Assembly (NCBI RefSeq): GCF_024223415.1
Contig: NZ_CP100500.1
Origin: Escherichia coli
Lineage (GTDB): Bacteria > Pseudomonadota > Gammaproteobacteria > Enterobacterales > Enterobacteriaceae
Direction: 5' to 3' (one strand)
Length of the DNA stretch: 64,000 nucleotides
In this document: positions 48,087-57,455 of the stretch, piece after piece
Numbering within the stretch: the first letter of the stretch is position 1
How the letters are laid out: each line of letters opens with the position of its first letter
Position numbers and translations under genes: made by a program
The notes under the pieces: model-generated
Seen by the model: the letters and a program-made list of their open reading frames with translations, nothing else
The model's database searches: none
Told to the model about the DNA's origin: nothing

Positions 48087-49892
48087 TCACCGTATTCTCT
48101 GAAACAGGCCCCAAATCGTCCCAATGATATTATTCACTGTCATGTTAGTTGTGCATAACATCCATGTACCAAGCATAGGATTGCCAAATAAAAAGCGGAT
48201 ATCTGTAAGTTTATCCGATGACGACGACACAATAACGGCCTGTCTGATACGATACCCGGGTATTTCACGGGTATTTGTTACCTCATGATTTCGTTCTATG
48301 ATCCCCAGAACATAAGACCCCACGGAATAAACACTTCCGACGCTCGCTGGCTGCCCCGGCTGTCCCTGTGGTCCTGCCGGGCCGCGTTCACCTGTATACC
48401 CTCTTGGCCCCTGAGGACCTGCCGGGCCGCGTTCACCTGTATCCCCCTTTAGTCCCTGTGGACCTGCCGGACCGCGTTCACCTGTATCGCCCTTTGGTCC
48501 CTGTGGACCACGCTCCCCCTGGGCTCCCAGCTCTTTCCATTCAGACCAGGGGCCATTACCGGTAAAATTACCAGTAACAGTTCTTACGAACTTTCGTGGT
48601 GGGTTCCAGGTTGTATATTCATGCTGGCAATATCCCCATGCACCAACTCTTACCTGAAGATAACCCGCTCTCTGAATCGGATAATTATTTTCTCGTGTAG
48701 CCCCACTGTCTGATGGCTGATAATAATCACCCTGATCGGTCACTCGTCCCAGTCGGTTCAGATCACCATTCAGCAGTTGTCCACGGGCTGACTCTCCTCT
48801 TGGTCCCTGAGGACCTGCCGGACCGCGTGCTCCTGTTTCACCTTTTGCTCCCTGTGGACCTGTCGGACCGCGTTCACCTGTTTCACCTTTTGGTCCCTGT
48901 GGTCCTGCCGGGCCGCGTTCACCTGTTTCACCCTTTGCTCCCTGTGGACCTTCCGGGCCACGTTCACCTGTATCCCCCTTTGGTCCCTGAGGACCTGCCG
49001 GGCCACGTTCACCTGTATCGCCCTTTGATCCCTGTGGACCTGCCGGGCCGCGTTCACCTGTATCCCCCTTTGGTCCCTGTGGACCTCCCGGATCTCCTTT
49101 ATCCCCCTTAGGGCCTTTTTCTCCTCGCTCACCCTTTTCTCCCTTCAGACCCTGAGGGCCTTCCGGACCACGTGCACCTGTTTCGCCCTTTGCTCCCTGT
49201 GGACCTGCCGGGCCGCGTTCACCTGTTTCGCCCTTTGCTCCCTGTGGACCTGCCGGGCCGCGTGCACCTGTTTCACCCTTTGGTCCCTGTGGACCTGCCG
49301 GGCCGCGTTCACCTGTATCGCCCTTTAGTCCCTGTGGACCTGCCGGACCGCGTTCACCTGTTTCACCTTTTGGTCCCTGTGGTCCTGCCGGGCCACGTGC
49401 TCCTGTTTCACCTTTTGGCCCCTGTGGCCCGGTAATGCCTCTTTCACCACGAGCGCCGGTATCCCCTTTCTCTCCTCGTGGTCCCCGGGCAGATGCTGCT
49501 CGTTTCCGGGCTTCCTCCGCCTCAGATGCCGCGGACTCTGCTCTGTGCAGTATGGACTGCACCACAGCCTCCAGCTCTGACAACGCCTTCGGATAATAAG
49601 GAGCATCTTCCAGCTCCATCAGAAATTTATTCAGTGTTCCCGGTGAAGAATCCTCCCTGACCACGATATCTCCCACATACGAAGGACGGTAACCTTCTGT
49701 ATTGAGTGTCACCCTGTATATTCCTGGCTCCACATCCATACTGTAACTCCCCGTCTCTTCCGGCATGCCATAAGCCACTGTCGTGGCGATGACTGTCTCG
49801 CTGGTTCTCTTCGCTTTCAGCTCAATAATGCATCCCGGTACCGGTTTTCCGGTTCCGTCCCTCAGCACGCCTGAAATTTTTACAGCCGCCAT
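48087..49892 (-). CDS. stf: side tail fibre protein (Stf-like) with collagen-like G-X-Y repeats
   Basis: 601-aa ORF; N-terminus [18 protein letters not shown]... resembles lambda Stf N-domain; two long blocks of GPxGxKGxTGxRG repeats; distinct C-terminal domain. Confidence 0.8.
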   Translation of the reverse strand: MAAVKISGVLRDGTGKPVPGCIIELKAKRTSETVIATTVAYGMPEETGSYSMDVEPGIYRVTLNTEGYRPSYVGDIVVREDSSPGTLNKFLMELEDAPYYPKALSELEAVVQSILHRAESAASEAEEARKRAASARGPRGEKGDTGARGERGITGPQGPKGETGARGPAGPQGPKGETGERGPAGPQGLKGDTGERGPAGPQGPKGETGARGPAGPQGAKGETGERGPAGPQGAKGETGARGPEGPQGLKGEKGERGEKGPKGDKGDPGGPQGPKGDTGERGPAGPQGSKGDTGERGPAGPQGPKGDTGERGPEGPQGAKGETGERGPAGPQGPKGETGERGPTGPQGAKGETGARGPAGPQGPRGESARGQLLNGDLNRLGRVTDQGDYYQPSDSGATRENNYPIQRAGYLQVRVGAWGYCQHEYTTWNPPRKFVRTVTGNFTGNGPWSEWKELGAQGERGPQGPKGDTGERGPAGPQGLKGDTGERGPAGPQGPRGYTGERGPAGPQGQPGQPASVGSVYSVGSYVLGIIERNHEVTNTREIPGYRIRQAVIVSSSSDKLTDIRFLFGNPMLGTWMLCTTNMTVNNIIGTIWGLFQRIR

Positions 49893-49964
49893 ACTCGCTC
49901 CATAAAAAATAATCCCGCAAAATTGCGGGCGTCGTCATTCATTTACAATCGGGTGTTTTTATGA

Positions 49965-50210
49965 TTACTTCACGCACGAAACTTTCGTAAACATATCTTC
50001 ACTCACCCACTGACCATAAAATCTCGGAGCTGATACTTTATACACAGTGCCGCTTTTCGTTTCTATTTTCCCTGTAAGATCTACCGTATAAGCTCGCTGT
50101 AAAACCCCGGGACTCAGCACACCGGTGCACCGGACTCTCTCCGTAACGGAACGGTACCCCGCGCAACCTGATACAAGAAACAGCAAAAAAGTGCAGACGA
50201 TTATTTTCAT
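49965..50210 (-). CDS. small lipoprotein, Cor-like candidate
   Basis: 81-aa ORF with signal peptide and lipobox LVSGC; sits at the lom/cor position; no homology recalled. Confidence 0.5.
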   Translation of the reverse strand: MKIIVCTFLLFLVSGCAGYRSVTERVRCTGVLSPGVLQRAYTVDLTGKIETKSGTVYKVSAPRFYGQWVSEDMFTKVSCVK

Positions 50211-50231
50211 TACATGCCCTCAACATAACTA

Positions 50232-50894
50232 TCAGTACGCATCATAAATTTCTGCATTTATGTAATAACAGAGGTTATTAACAACACCTGAATTATCATT
50301 GGGCGCCGCTACGTTATCTTCAGCAAAAGTTGACTGACGCCATAACTGTGAGTTTCTGGCATTAAAACTGGCGGTATACCAGTAATAACTCTCCCCTTCC
50401 TGAACTGTCGTCCACTGGGTACACCCCGGCATTACGGCCACATCATGTCCCACACTGATCGGTACATCCTTTTCCCATATTCGCGTCATTTTTACTTCCA
50501 GTGGCAGCATTTCCGTGTTCCAGACCACCCTGCCATGACTGTCGCACAACTGTATTCCCCATTGCGGCCATACATTCACCATGTTGGCAAAAACATAAAC
50601 AACATATGTGCTGTCCTGTTCCATGCCCGGCTCCTGCCCTGTACCAGCGCTGAAAATGTCATACTGCCAGGTACCGTTAAGCTGAACCATTTCACCATGG
50701 AAGGACTGATTACCGCTTATCTGTTTAATAAAAATCACGCAACGATAATTCGTCGGCACCCCAGTGTCGATAAACTGCATCACCGCATCACGCGCACTCA
50801 GTGTGAAATGAAAACGGCGCACAAGGTTCAGTGGCGGCGCAACAGGTGATATCCATTCTCTCCCCCGCTCATCAGTTAATTTAAGTGCAAACAT
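50232..50894 (-). CDS. hypothetical tail-associated protein
   Basis: 220-aa ORF; start ATG overlaps stop of upstream 86-aa ORF (ATGA). Confidence 0.55.
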   Translation of the reverse strand: MFALKLTDERGREWISPVAPPLNLVRRFHFTLSARDAVMQFIDTGVPTNYRCVIFIKQISGNQSFHGEMVQLNGTWQYDIFSAGTGQEPGMEQDSTYVVYVFANMVNVWPQWGIQLCDSHGRVVWNTEMLPLEVKMTRIWEKDVPISVGHDVAVMPGCTQWTTVQEGESYYWYTASFNARNSQLWRQSTFAEDNVAAPNDNSGVVNNLCYYINAEIYDAY

Positions 50895-51154
50895 CAGATC
50901 CCCCTTATCATGACCAGCACGGGTCTTAACCAGCTTGTGTTGGCATAGTGCACTGTCCAGCCGGATACACTGGCACTGGTATGACTTCCCTGACCGTTAA
51001 TCAGAATGGCCGGTGAACAGACTTCCAGACGCCAGCCCTGCAAAGGAGTATAAGAACGCTGCCCCGTCCCTTCAGTGATCACATCCAGCACCCCTGTTGG
51101 GTTTATTTCATGTGTCACAAGGCGCCCTTTGCGCCATACCCGGACTCCGAACAT
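50894..51154 (-). CDS. hypothetical small protein coupled to J
   Basis: 86-aa ORF; start overlaps J stop (TAATG). Confidence 0.5.
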   Translation of the reverse strand: MFGVRVWRKGRLVTHEINPTGVLDVITEGTGQRSYTPLQGWRLEVCSPAILINGQGSHTSASVSGWTVHYANTSWLRPVLVMIRGI

Positions 51155-54100
51155 TACAGTCTCCCCAGTCGTACTCTTAACACATTGTTATCGTCATATA
51201 CGTCGATTCGCTCGCCATTGAAAAACAGGCGGCCTGCGCCGGGCCTTCCTGAGTTAATTTCAAGGCTGCCGTTTCTTGATAAACGCCACCCCGGACTACC
51301 GGAATGAAAATTATCTGACCGGATATCTCCCGTCACTCTGGCAAAATCCACGGTCAGTTTTTTCATGAAAACATCATTCATGAACAGCTGATCACCCTGA
51401 GCCACAAACAAAGGTGTTGTATTGCCATTTTCCGGGTTAATCATCGCAATACGATCTGCCTGCATCAGGATCTGACTCTGAATTCCGTCAGACGTATTTT
51501 CGATTCCGGCACCAATACCTGCAATATAGAGACGTCCATCCCGTGTCTGCTGCAGCTTCACAGCCCACATGCTGTTCAGGTTCCGGCGCGTGTCCTCCTG
51601 AACTTTCTGTATCTGCTCAATGCTGGCATTCCAGGATCCCAGTTTTTTATCCGTGCTCTGTGTGATCTGACTTCCCTTATCATCAACATACTGTCTGATC
51701 TGCGCTATCTGTCGGCTGTTCTCCTCCGTGCTCCTGCTTACTGTCTGCCGGATTTCGCTTCCCATCCTGTCAACTTTTCTGTCAACTTCCGCAATGGCCA
51801 TTGACTGTTCAGCGCTCTTTTTCGCCACAACAGTACTTATTTGCGCACTTTTATCATCAACATACTGCCTGACCTGCGCTATCTGTCGGCTGTTCTCCTC
51901 CGTGCTCCTGCTCACTGTCTGCCGGATTTCACTGCTCACGCTGTCAACTTTCCTGTCGACTTTCGCAATGGCCAGCGACTGTTCACCGCTCTTTTTCGCC
52001 ACCAGTTCCGTTATGCTGTTTTCAGACGCCGTGATTTTTTTCGTCACCTCTGCGATATCACGCTCCGCACGCTGCCTCACATCTTTCTCCAGCTGCGTCA
52101 TTTCGCGGTTAATCGCATTCTCCAGTTGCTCAACTTCAGTGCGCCGTGCAGAGGCATCAATGCGTTCATTGATCTCCCGTCCCAGATGCGTTTTATTTAT
52201 CGCCCCCCTGAAAAAATTAAGGTAACCGGCAGGATCATTACTCGCCCGACCGACTGCCTCCACGAATGCCGATTTACCGACAGTGTTAACACTGCGGATA
52301 TAAAAGTAATAATCATGGCCAGGTTTAATATTCTGGCCGGAGACAAGCCACTGACTTCCGGTACCAAGATAACGGGCTGTGGTTTCAACCTGCCTGATAT
52401 CGGTAATCCGCGTTTCCGAGAACCAGAACTCAAACTGTACCGTCGGATCGTAAACCGCAAGATGCGGCGTGGCGGTTATCTGAAAATAGCCCGGCGTCAG
52501 CTCAATCCGCGACGGCGCTGCCGGTGCGGCAATCCGGAACGATACCGACGCCGGGTCTCCCTGCTGCCCCCGGGCATTTACTGCCCGGACTGTCAGCCTG
52601 TAGTTCCCCGGCGCCAGCTGCCTGAAGCGGTATGTGGTTTCCGTCGTCCGGGCCGTGCTGACCAGCCGCTCACTGCCATCATCCGCGGCCACGGTCAGGC
52701 GAAGCAGGAAGCTCACGCCCTTCACCACCTTCGGCGTGTCCCAGCGCGCCAGCACCTGATATTCCCCGCTGTCTGCGGTGACTTCTGCGGTCAGGTGCTG
52801 CACCGCTGGCGGCGTGACACCATTCACCGTTCCGCTCTGGTCGCCGTCAAAGTGCGCCCCGTTATCCACGATGGCCTCTTTTTCCGGTACATGCTGCACG
52901 GCAGTGATGGCATACGTGCCGTCGTCGTTCTCACGGATACTCACGCAGCGGAACAGGCGCTGGCGCAGCGTCGGCAGCTTCAGCCCCCACACGCTGTACT
53001 CGGCAACGCCGTCAGGAACCCGGCTCACTTTTACCTTCACGCCGTCGGTGACGGACTGAACCTCCACGCTGACCGGATTGCCACTTCCGTCAACCAGACT
53101 TATCAGCGTGGTACCGGAGGATGGCAGCGTGATTTCACGGTCGAGCGTCAGCGTCCGGGTCTGGCTGTTCACCGCCAGCACACGACCACCGGTGCTGATA
53201 CCGGCATAGTCATCATCACAGATTTCAATGACATCGCCCGGTACATGGCGAAGCCCTTCAGCACCCACGCTGAAATCCACGGTCTGCGTCTCCAGCAGTT
53301 CTGTTTTAATCAGCCACAGCCCGGCGCGGTGTGCCTGCCCCCGGCTGGTACAGCCAAAGGCATCCATCTTCGTGACGTTACGACCGTAACGGGCAATGGC
53401 CTGCGTGTCCTCCACAAGCTCTGTCGCCGTCTCCTGGCCGTTATCCGGGTCACTCCAGTTCACCTCAACGGCATTATGGCGGTCCTTCAGGGCGCTGAAG
53501 CTGTAGCGGAACGGCGCGCCATCATCCGGCATCACCACATTACTGCGGTTATAGGTCCACACCTTATCCGACGGTCGGTCCTGCACGAACGTCAGCGTCT
53601 GCCCGTTCCATACCGGCATACAGCGCATCGCCGAGCAGAAATCACTGAGCACATCCCACGCCTTACGCTGCCTGGTCAGCCAGGCATTACAGGTGATGCG
53701 CGGCTCCGTGCCACCAGAGCCGTCCGGCACCGACTGGTCGCAGTACTGGCCGATGACATACAGCGCCCATTTGTCCACATCCGCTGCGCCAACACGTTTC
53801 CCCATGCCGTAGCGCGGGTGGGTCAGCATATCCCACAGACACCAGGCCGGGTTATCGCTGTATGCCGGTTTAAACGTTCCGTCCCAGATACCGCTGTATT
53901 GCCGCGTCTGCGGGTTATAGTTCGACGGCACCTGCAGAATGCGCCCGCGAAGATGATAATTACGGCTCACCTGCTGGCTGCCGAACTGCTCCGAATCCAC
54001 CTGCACACCGACCAGTGCCGTGTTCGGGTAGCACTGTTTCACATCGATGATTTCGGTGTATGACGACCAGAGCGTTTTGTTCTGCAGCTGGTCTGTGGTG

Positions 54101-54663
54101 CTGTCCGGCGTCATCCTGCGCATCCGGATACTGAACGGGCGCGGCGGCAGGTTACCCACCACCACCGGGGCCAGATACTGCGAGGTGGTTTTGCCCTTAA
54201 TGGTGATGTCTTTTTCCGTTAACCAGCGACCGTTACGCTGTATCTGAACCAGCAGGCGGACTTCCGACGGATTCCGGTCCCCCTTTGAGGTGGTTTCCAC
54301 CAGTGCCTGCACACCGAAGGTCAGGCGCAGACGGTCGATGTTTGCCGACGTGATGGTCCGGGTAATCGGCGTGTCGTACTTCACTTCCGTACCCAGCACC
54401 GTCTCGGAGCCGGAGGATTCAAATCCCTCCGGCGGCGTCTGCTCCTGCTCACCGGCCCGGAATACCACCGTGACGCCGGATATATTGGTATTCCCCTCAC
54501 TGTCCAGCACCGGCGTACCGTTCAGCAGCACGCTTTTTAATCCATCCACCGGTCCTTGTATCGGCCCTTCGCTGATGACATCGATCACACTCAGCAACTG
54601 CGTGGACTTCAGGTTGTCCTTCGCTTCGCGCGGGGTATGCCCCTTACTGCTGCCTTTACCCAT
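51154..54663 (-). CDS. J: tail tip / host specificity protein J (central fibre), variant C-terminus
   Basis: 1169-aa ORF; N-terminal ~900 aa match lambda gpJ as I recall it ([24 protein letters not shown]...); C-terminal ~270 aa differ and include two 58-aa tandem repeats. Confidence 0.92.
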   Translation of the reverse strand: MGKGSSKGHTPREAKDNLKSTQLLSVIDVISEGPIQGPVDGLKSVLLNGTPVLDSEGNTNISGVTVVFRAGEQEQTPPEGFESSGSETVLGTEVKYDTPITRTITSANIDRLRLTFGVQALVETTSKGDRNPSEVRLLVQIQRNGRWLTEKDITIKGKTTSQYLAPVVVGNLPPRPFSIRMRRMTPDSTTDQLQNKTLWSSYTEIIDVKQCYPNTALVGVQVDSEQFGSQQVSRNYHLRGRILQVPSNYNPQTRQYSGIWDGTFKPAYSDNPAWCLWDMLTHPRYGMGKRVGAADVDKWALYVIGQYCDQSVPDGSGGTEPRITCNAWLTRQRKAWDVLSDFCSAMRCMPVWNGQTLTFVQDRPSDKVWTYNRSNVVMPDDGAPFRYSFSALKDRHNAVEVNWSDPDNGQETATELVEDTQAIARYGRNVTKMDAFGCTSRGQAHRAGLWLIKTELLETQTVDFSVGAEGLRHVPGDVIEICDDDYAGISTGGRVLAVNSQTRTLTLDREITLPSSGTTLISLVDGSGNPVSVEVQSVTDGVKVKVSRVPDGVAEYSVWGLKLPTLRQRLFRCVSIRENDDGTYAITAVQHVPEKEAIVDNGAHFDGDQSGTVNGVTPPAVQHLTAEVTADSGEYQVLARWDTPKVVKGVSFLLRLTVAADDGSERLVSTARTTETTYRFRQLAPGNYRLTVRAVNARGQQGDPASVSFRIAAPAAPSRIELTPGYFQITATPHLAVYDPTVQFEFWFSETRITDIRQVETTARYLGTGSQWLVSGQNIKPGHDYYFYIRSVNTVGKSAFVEAVGRASNDPAGYLNFFRGAINKTHLGREINERIDASARRTEVEQLENAINREMTQLEKDVRQRAERDIAEVTKKITASENSITELVAKKSGEQSLAIAKVDRKVDSVSSEIRQTVSRSTEENSRQIAQVRQYVDDKSAQISTVVAKKSAEQSMAIAEVDRKVDRMGSEIRQTVSRSTEENSRQIAQIRQYVDDKGSQITQSTDKKLGSWNASIEQIQKVQEDTRRNLNSMWAVKLQQTRDGRLYIAGIGAGIENTSDGIQSQILMQADRIAMINPENGNTTPLFVAQGDQLFMNDVFMKKLTVDFARVTGDIRSDNFHSGSPGWRLSRNGSLEINSGRPGAGRLFFNGERIDVYDDNNVLRVRLGRL
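51678..52025. repeat. 174-bp tandem duplication inside J
   Basis: Two adjacent ~174-bp copies (starting 51678 and 51852), ~90% identical, encoding [20 protein letters not shown]... Confidence 0.8.
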
Positions 54664-54679
54664 TCCTCACACTCCATAA

Positions 54680-54706
54680 ACAACAAAGCCGCCCAAAAGG
54701 CGGCTC
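54680..54706 (-). terminator. intrinsic terminator-like hairpin downstream of moron lipoprotein gene
   Basis: Minus strand: AGCCGCC-ttttg-GGCGGCT followed by TTGTTGTTTAT, just upstream of the J ribosome binding site. Confidence 0.5.
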
Positions 54707-54729
54707 ATGAGTTACGGCAGGATTAACTA

Positions 54730-55068
54730 TTATTTACATGCATTAACACTATCAGCAAAAATTTTTGGCGTTAATGCTGGTACGCGTTCATAAAGAGTAA
54801 AACTACTGCCATTTCCTGCTTTTTTGATATCAAGCACAACATCATACCCACCCATAGCCTGTGGAACTAAAAGGCTTACCCCATTCTCAATAGGAATGGA
54901 TGTTATAGGTGTTCCATTACCAGCCCATTGTCTGGATATGCAGCCTGACAATTCATCAATATTTTTTAATGAATTACCTTCCATTACAGGCTTGCCGGAT
55001 TTTACGTAATCCAAAGATTTACATCCTGTTAAGGCAATAATCGTGCAGAATAAAATCGTTTTGTTCAT
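54730..55068 (-). CDS. AT-rich moron lipoprotein inserted between tail genes I and J
   Basis: 112-aa product from MNKTILFCTIIALTGC (lipobox LTGC); markedly AT-rich versus flanking genes; own promoter-like AT-rich upstream region and downstream hairpin. Confidence 0.65.
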   Translation of the reverse strand: MNKTILFCTIIALTGCKSLDYVKSGKPVMEGNSLKNIDELSGCISRQWAGNGTPITSIPIENGVSLLVPQAMGGYDVVLDIKKAGNGSSFTLYERVPALTPKIFADSVNACK

Positions 55069-55140
55069 ATAGCTAACCAACAGAATAATTATCAGTGTTC
55101 GATATAAATATTAAATCAGTTAGAACATGAGTAAATAATA

Positions 55141-55782
55141 TTACCGCCCAATTACCACAACCTGACCACCATCCCCTTCATCTGCCGTGCTAATCTCCTG
55201 AGATGCCACACGTGACCCCACGCGCATTTCACCGTACAGAACAGGCAGGACATTGCCCTGGGCAACCATGTTATCCAATGAGGAAAAATAGGTATTTTGC
55301 TTACCGTTATCAGTGGCTGACACTTTAGGCGTTTTGGCTTTCGGTGCCAGCATCTGCGCAACACCGCCTAAAACCATACCTGCCCCAAGAGAGAACATGA
55401 GATTACTTGCAACAATACTAAGCCCCGGCATCCAGATTGCCGTAGCAATTAGCGCCGCACCCAGCACTGCCTGAAAAATACCGCCACTTTTGGCACCCGC
55501 CAGACGCGGTACGATGTGGATCACGGCACCATTTGCCAGCGGCTCATTAAGACGGGCAGATAATTCGTTTTCGCCTGCATCACGCCCGGCAATGCGCACC
55601 TGATACCAGCCGTCATTCAGTTTCTGACGAAACGCCGGGAGCTGTGTGGCCAGTGCCCGGATGGCTTCAGCCCCCGTTTTCACACGAAGGTCGATGCGGC
55701 GGCCAAATCGTTGCAAATCCCCGTAAAGGCAGATGCGTGCCATGCCCGGTGACGCCTGAGGGAGTGTGTGCGTCGCTGCCAT
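55141..55782 (-). CDS. I: tail assembly protein I
   Basis: 213-aa ORF similar to lambda gpI; follows K with overlap. Confidence 0.88.
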   Translation of the reverse strand: MAATHTLPQASPGMARICLYGDLQRFGRRIDLRVKTGAEAIRALATQLPAFRQKLNDGWYQVRIAGRDAGENELSARLNEPLANGAVIHIVPRLAGAKSGGIFQAVLGAALIATAIWMPGLSIVASNLMFSLGAGMVLGGVAQMLAPKAKTPKVSATDNGKQNTYFSSLDNMVAQGNVLPVLYGEMRVGSRVASQEISTADEGDGGQVVVIGR

Positions 55783-56423
55783 TTGTCGGTGTACCTCTCT
55801 CGTTTGCTAAGTTGTTCAGGAATATGGTGCAGCAGCCCGCCGTCGCCGCAGTAAATGGCGGCATGATTCGGCACCGATGAACCAAAACAGCACAGCAGCA
55901 CGTCGCCGGGCTGCGCCTCTGTCAGTGCGACACGGTAAAAACCAGTCGCCTCCATATTGTCAAGATAGAGATTCTGACCGTTACGCCACCAGTCATCCCC
56001 GCGATGAAAATCCGGCATCTCAATTCCCGCCAGATGGTAAGCATCCCGGAACAGCGTGTAACAGTCCGTCACCCCGTGCTCAAAGCACCGCCCGGTGAGA
56101 TGCGGCACACAGCGGAACTTGTGAATCGCCCCCCGGCAGACCAGCCACCACGGCAAATCACTCTGCACCTGCAGCCGCCGGTCGGCCTCACTCAGCCAGG
56201 GCAGACCACCGGGGTGACTGTGGACCAGTGCCACAATCTCACCCTGCATTTCTGCCTGCAGCCAGTCCTCCGGCGACATCCGGAAATACGCCTCCGGCTC
56301 ACCGGAGATATTCACGCAGGGGAAATATCTTTCCCCCTCCGGCGCTCTCACCACGAAGCCGCACGACTCCGCTGGCGCACATCGCCGGGCGTGCGCCAGA
56401 ATCGCTGATTCTGTCTCTGTCAT
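55680..56423 (-). CDS. K: tail assembly protein K (NlpC/P60 + JAB-like)
   Basis: Product from MTETESAILAHARRCAPAESCGFV..., matching lambda gpK as recalled; the ORF track extends upstream. Confidence 0.88.
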   Translation of the reverse strand: MTETESAILAHARRCAPAESCGFVVRAPEGERYFPCVNISGEPEAYFRMSPEDWLQAEMQGEIVALVHSHPGGLPWLSEADRRLQVQSDLPWWLVCRGAIHKFRCVPHLTGRCFEHGVTDCYTLFRDAYHLAGIEMPDFHRGDDWWRNGQNLYLDNMEATGFYRVALTEAQPGDVLLCCFGSSVPNHAAIYCGDGGLLHHIPEQLSKRERYTDKWQRRTHSLRRHRAWHASAFTGICNDLAAASTFV

Positions 56424-56427
56424 GGAA

Positions 56428-57126
56428 TTACTGCGAAAGTTTGTGAATGGAAAGAAAACCGCCAAAGTTGCCGACGTTATTGCGAAACTTACAGCCGCTC
56501 AGGCATTTGCTGCATTTATCCTTCGTGATATCGGACGTCGGCTGATCATATTCATCCGCGACCGCCGGACCGCTATAACCGCACTCATCGCCGCGATAGG
56601 TCCAGGTGCAGGTGTTGGCCAGCATGATACGTCCCGGAAAAACAGCGCCGTCCGTTTCCGTCGGCGTGGCCAGTACAAAGGTCGCGCTGACCGCTGTCAA
56701 ATCACTGCACTGCTCGATGCGCCAGCGGCTGATAACCTCCTGCTCCGGATCGGCGTCACTGTTTCCGTTGACGAAGTTCACCGCATCCAGAAAACGGGCA
56801 TAAACTTTACGCCGGACCACCGTTCCGCCGACCAGACTCTGCATATCTTCCACCATACCGGTGACCATACCGTACAGGTTAGAAACCGTCAGCGTGGGGC
56901 GCGTACTGGTGCCTTTGCCATTCAGTTCAAAACCACTCCCCTGAATGGGATACGGCTGATACTGTCGCCCCTGCCAGGTGACCGGCTCACCTTTTTCGTT
57001 CTGCTCATTACAGAAAAAATAACGTTCTCCACCGACCTCTGTCAGATCGATTTCCCAGAGCACCACGCTGGCCGACTGCTCCGCACGGGTGCATTCATTC
57101 AGTGTTTCCTGCCGGATATCCTGCAT
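56428..57126 (-). CDS. L: minor tail protein L
   Basis: 232-aa ORF MQDIRQETLNECTRAEQSASVVLWEIDL..., lambda gpL length and sequence as recalled. Confidence 0.92.
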   Translation of the reverse strand: MQDIRQETLNECTRAEQSASVVLWEIDLTEVGGERYFFCNEQNEKGEPVTWQGRQYQPYPIQGSGFELNGKGTSTRPTLTVSNLYGMVTGMVEDMQSLVGGTVVRRKVYARFLDAVNFVNGNSDADPEQEVISRWRIEQCSDLTAVSATFVLATPTETDGAVFPGRIMLANTCTWTYRGDECGYSGPAVADEYDQPTSDITKDKCSKCLSGCKFRNNVGNFGGFLSIHKLSQ

Positions 57127-57455
57127 CAGTTCACCACCTGTTCAAACTCTGCGCTGAACTCAACACGCAGCATACTGACCCGCGACGACCATTTTGCGCA
57201 GGTCACCTTTATCTGCCGCCACTCATAAGGCGGCGTCCACAGAAAGGATTTCCAGCCCCCGTGCTCTTCCAGAAACGACTCCAGTACCGTGGCCTCCTCA
57301 CGGGGGACAGAAAGCGTCACGCTGTACGTTTTCAGGTTGGCATTCAGCCCGGCAGGCGCTCGCTGGGAATAGCCATCACCAAAGCGCACCTTTCTTACAG
57401 AAGGGACCGAAGCCACATCCATACCGGGTTTCACTTTCCAGCGGAAGGTTTTCAT
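57126..57455 (-). CDS. M: minor tail protein M
   Basis: 109-aa ORF, lambda gpM length; overlaps L start. Confidence 0.9.
   Translation of the reverse strand: MKTFRWKVKPGMDVASVPSVRKVRFGDGYSQRAPAGLNANLKTYSVTLSVPREEATVLESFLEEHGGWKSFLWTPPYEWRQIKVTCAKWSSRVSMLRVEFSAEFEQVVN

Noticed and set aside
48300-49500. Possible CRISPR-like or tandem-repeat array
   Set aside because: The repeats are coding (collagen-like triplets in stf) with no unique spacers of constant length and no cas genes nearby; not a CRISPR array.
48368-49660. Several Pro/Leu/Val-rich ORFs on both strands (e.g. 48713-49111, 49172-49435, 48770-49132)
   Set aside because: Alternative-frame and antisense readings of the collagen-like G-X-Y repeat DNA of the tail-fibre gene; periodic repeats keep off-frames open.
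51841-54063. 740-aa plus-strand ORF
   Set aside because: Lies entirely antisense to J, whose identification is unambiguous. Long antisense ORFs are common in GC-rich coding DNA and this one has no start or SD context.
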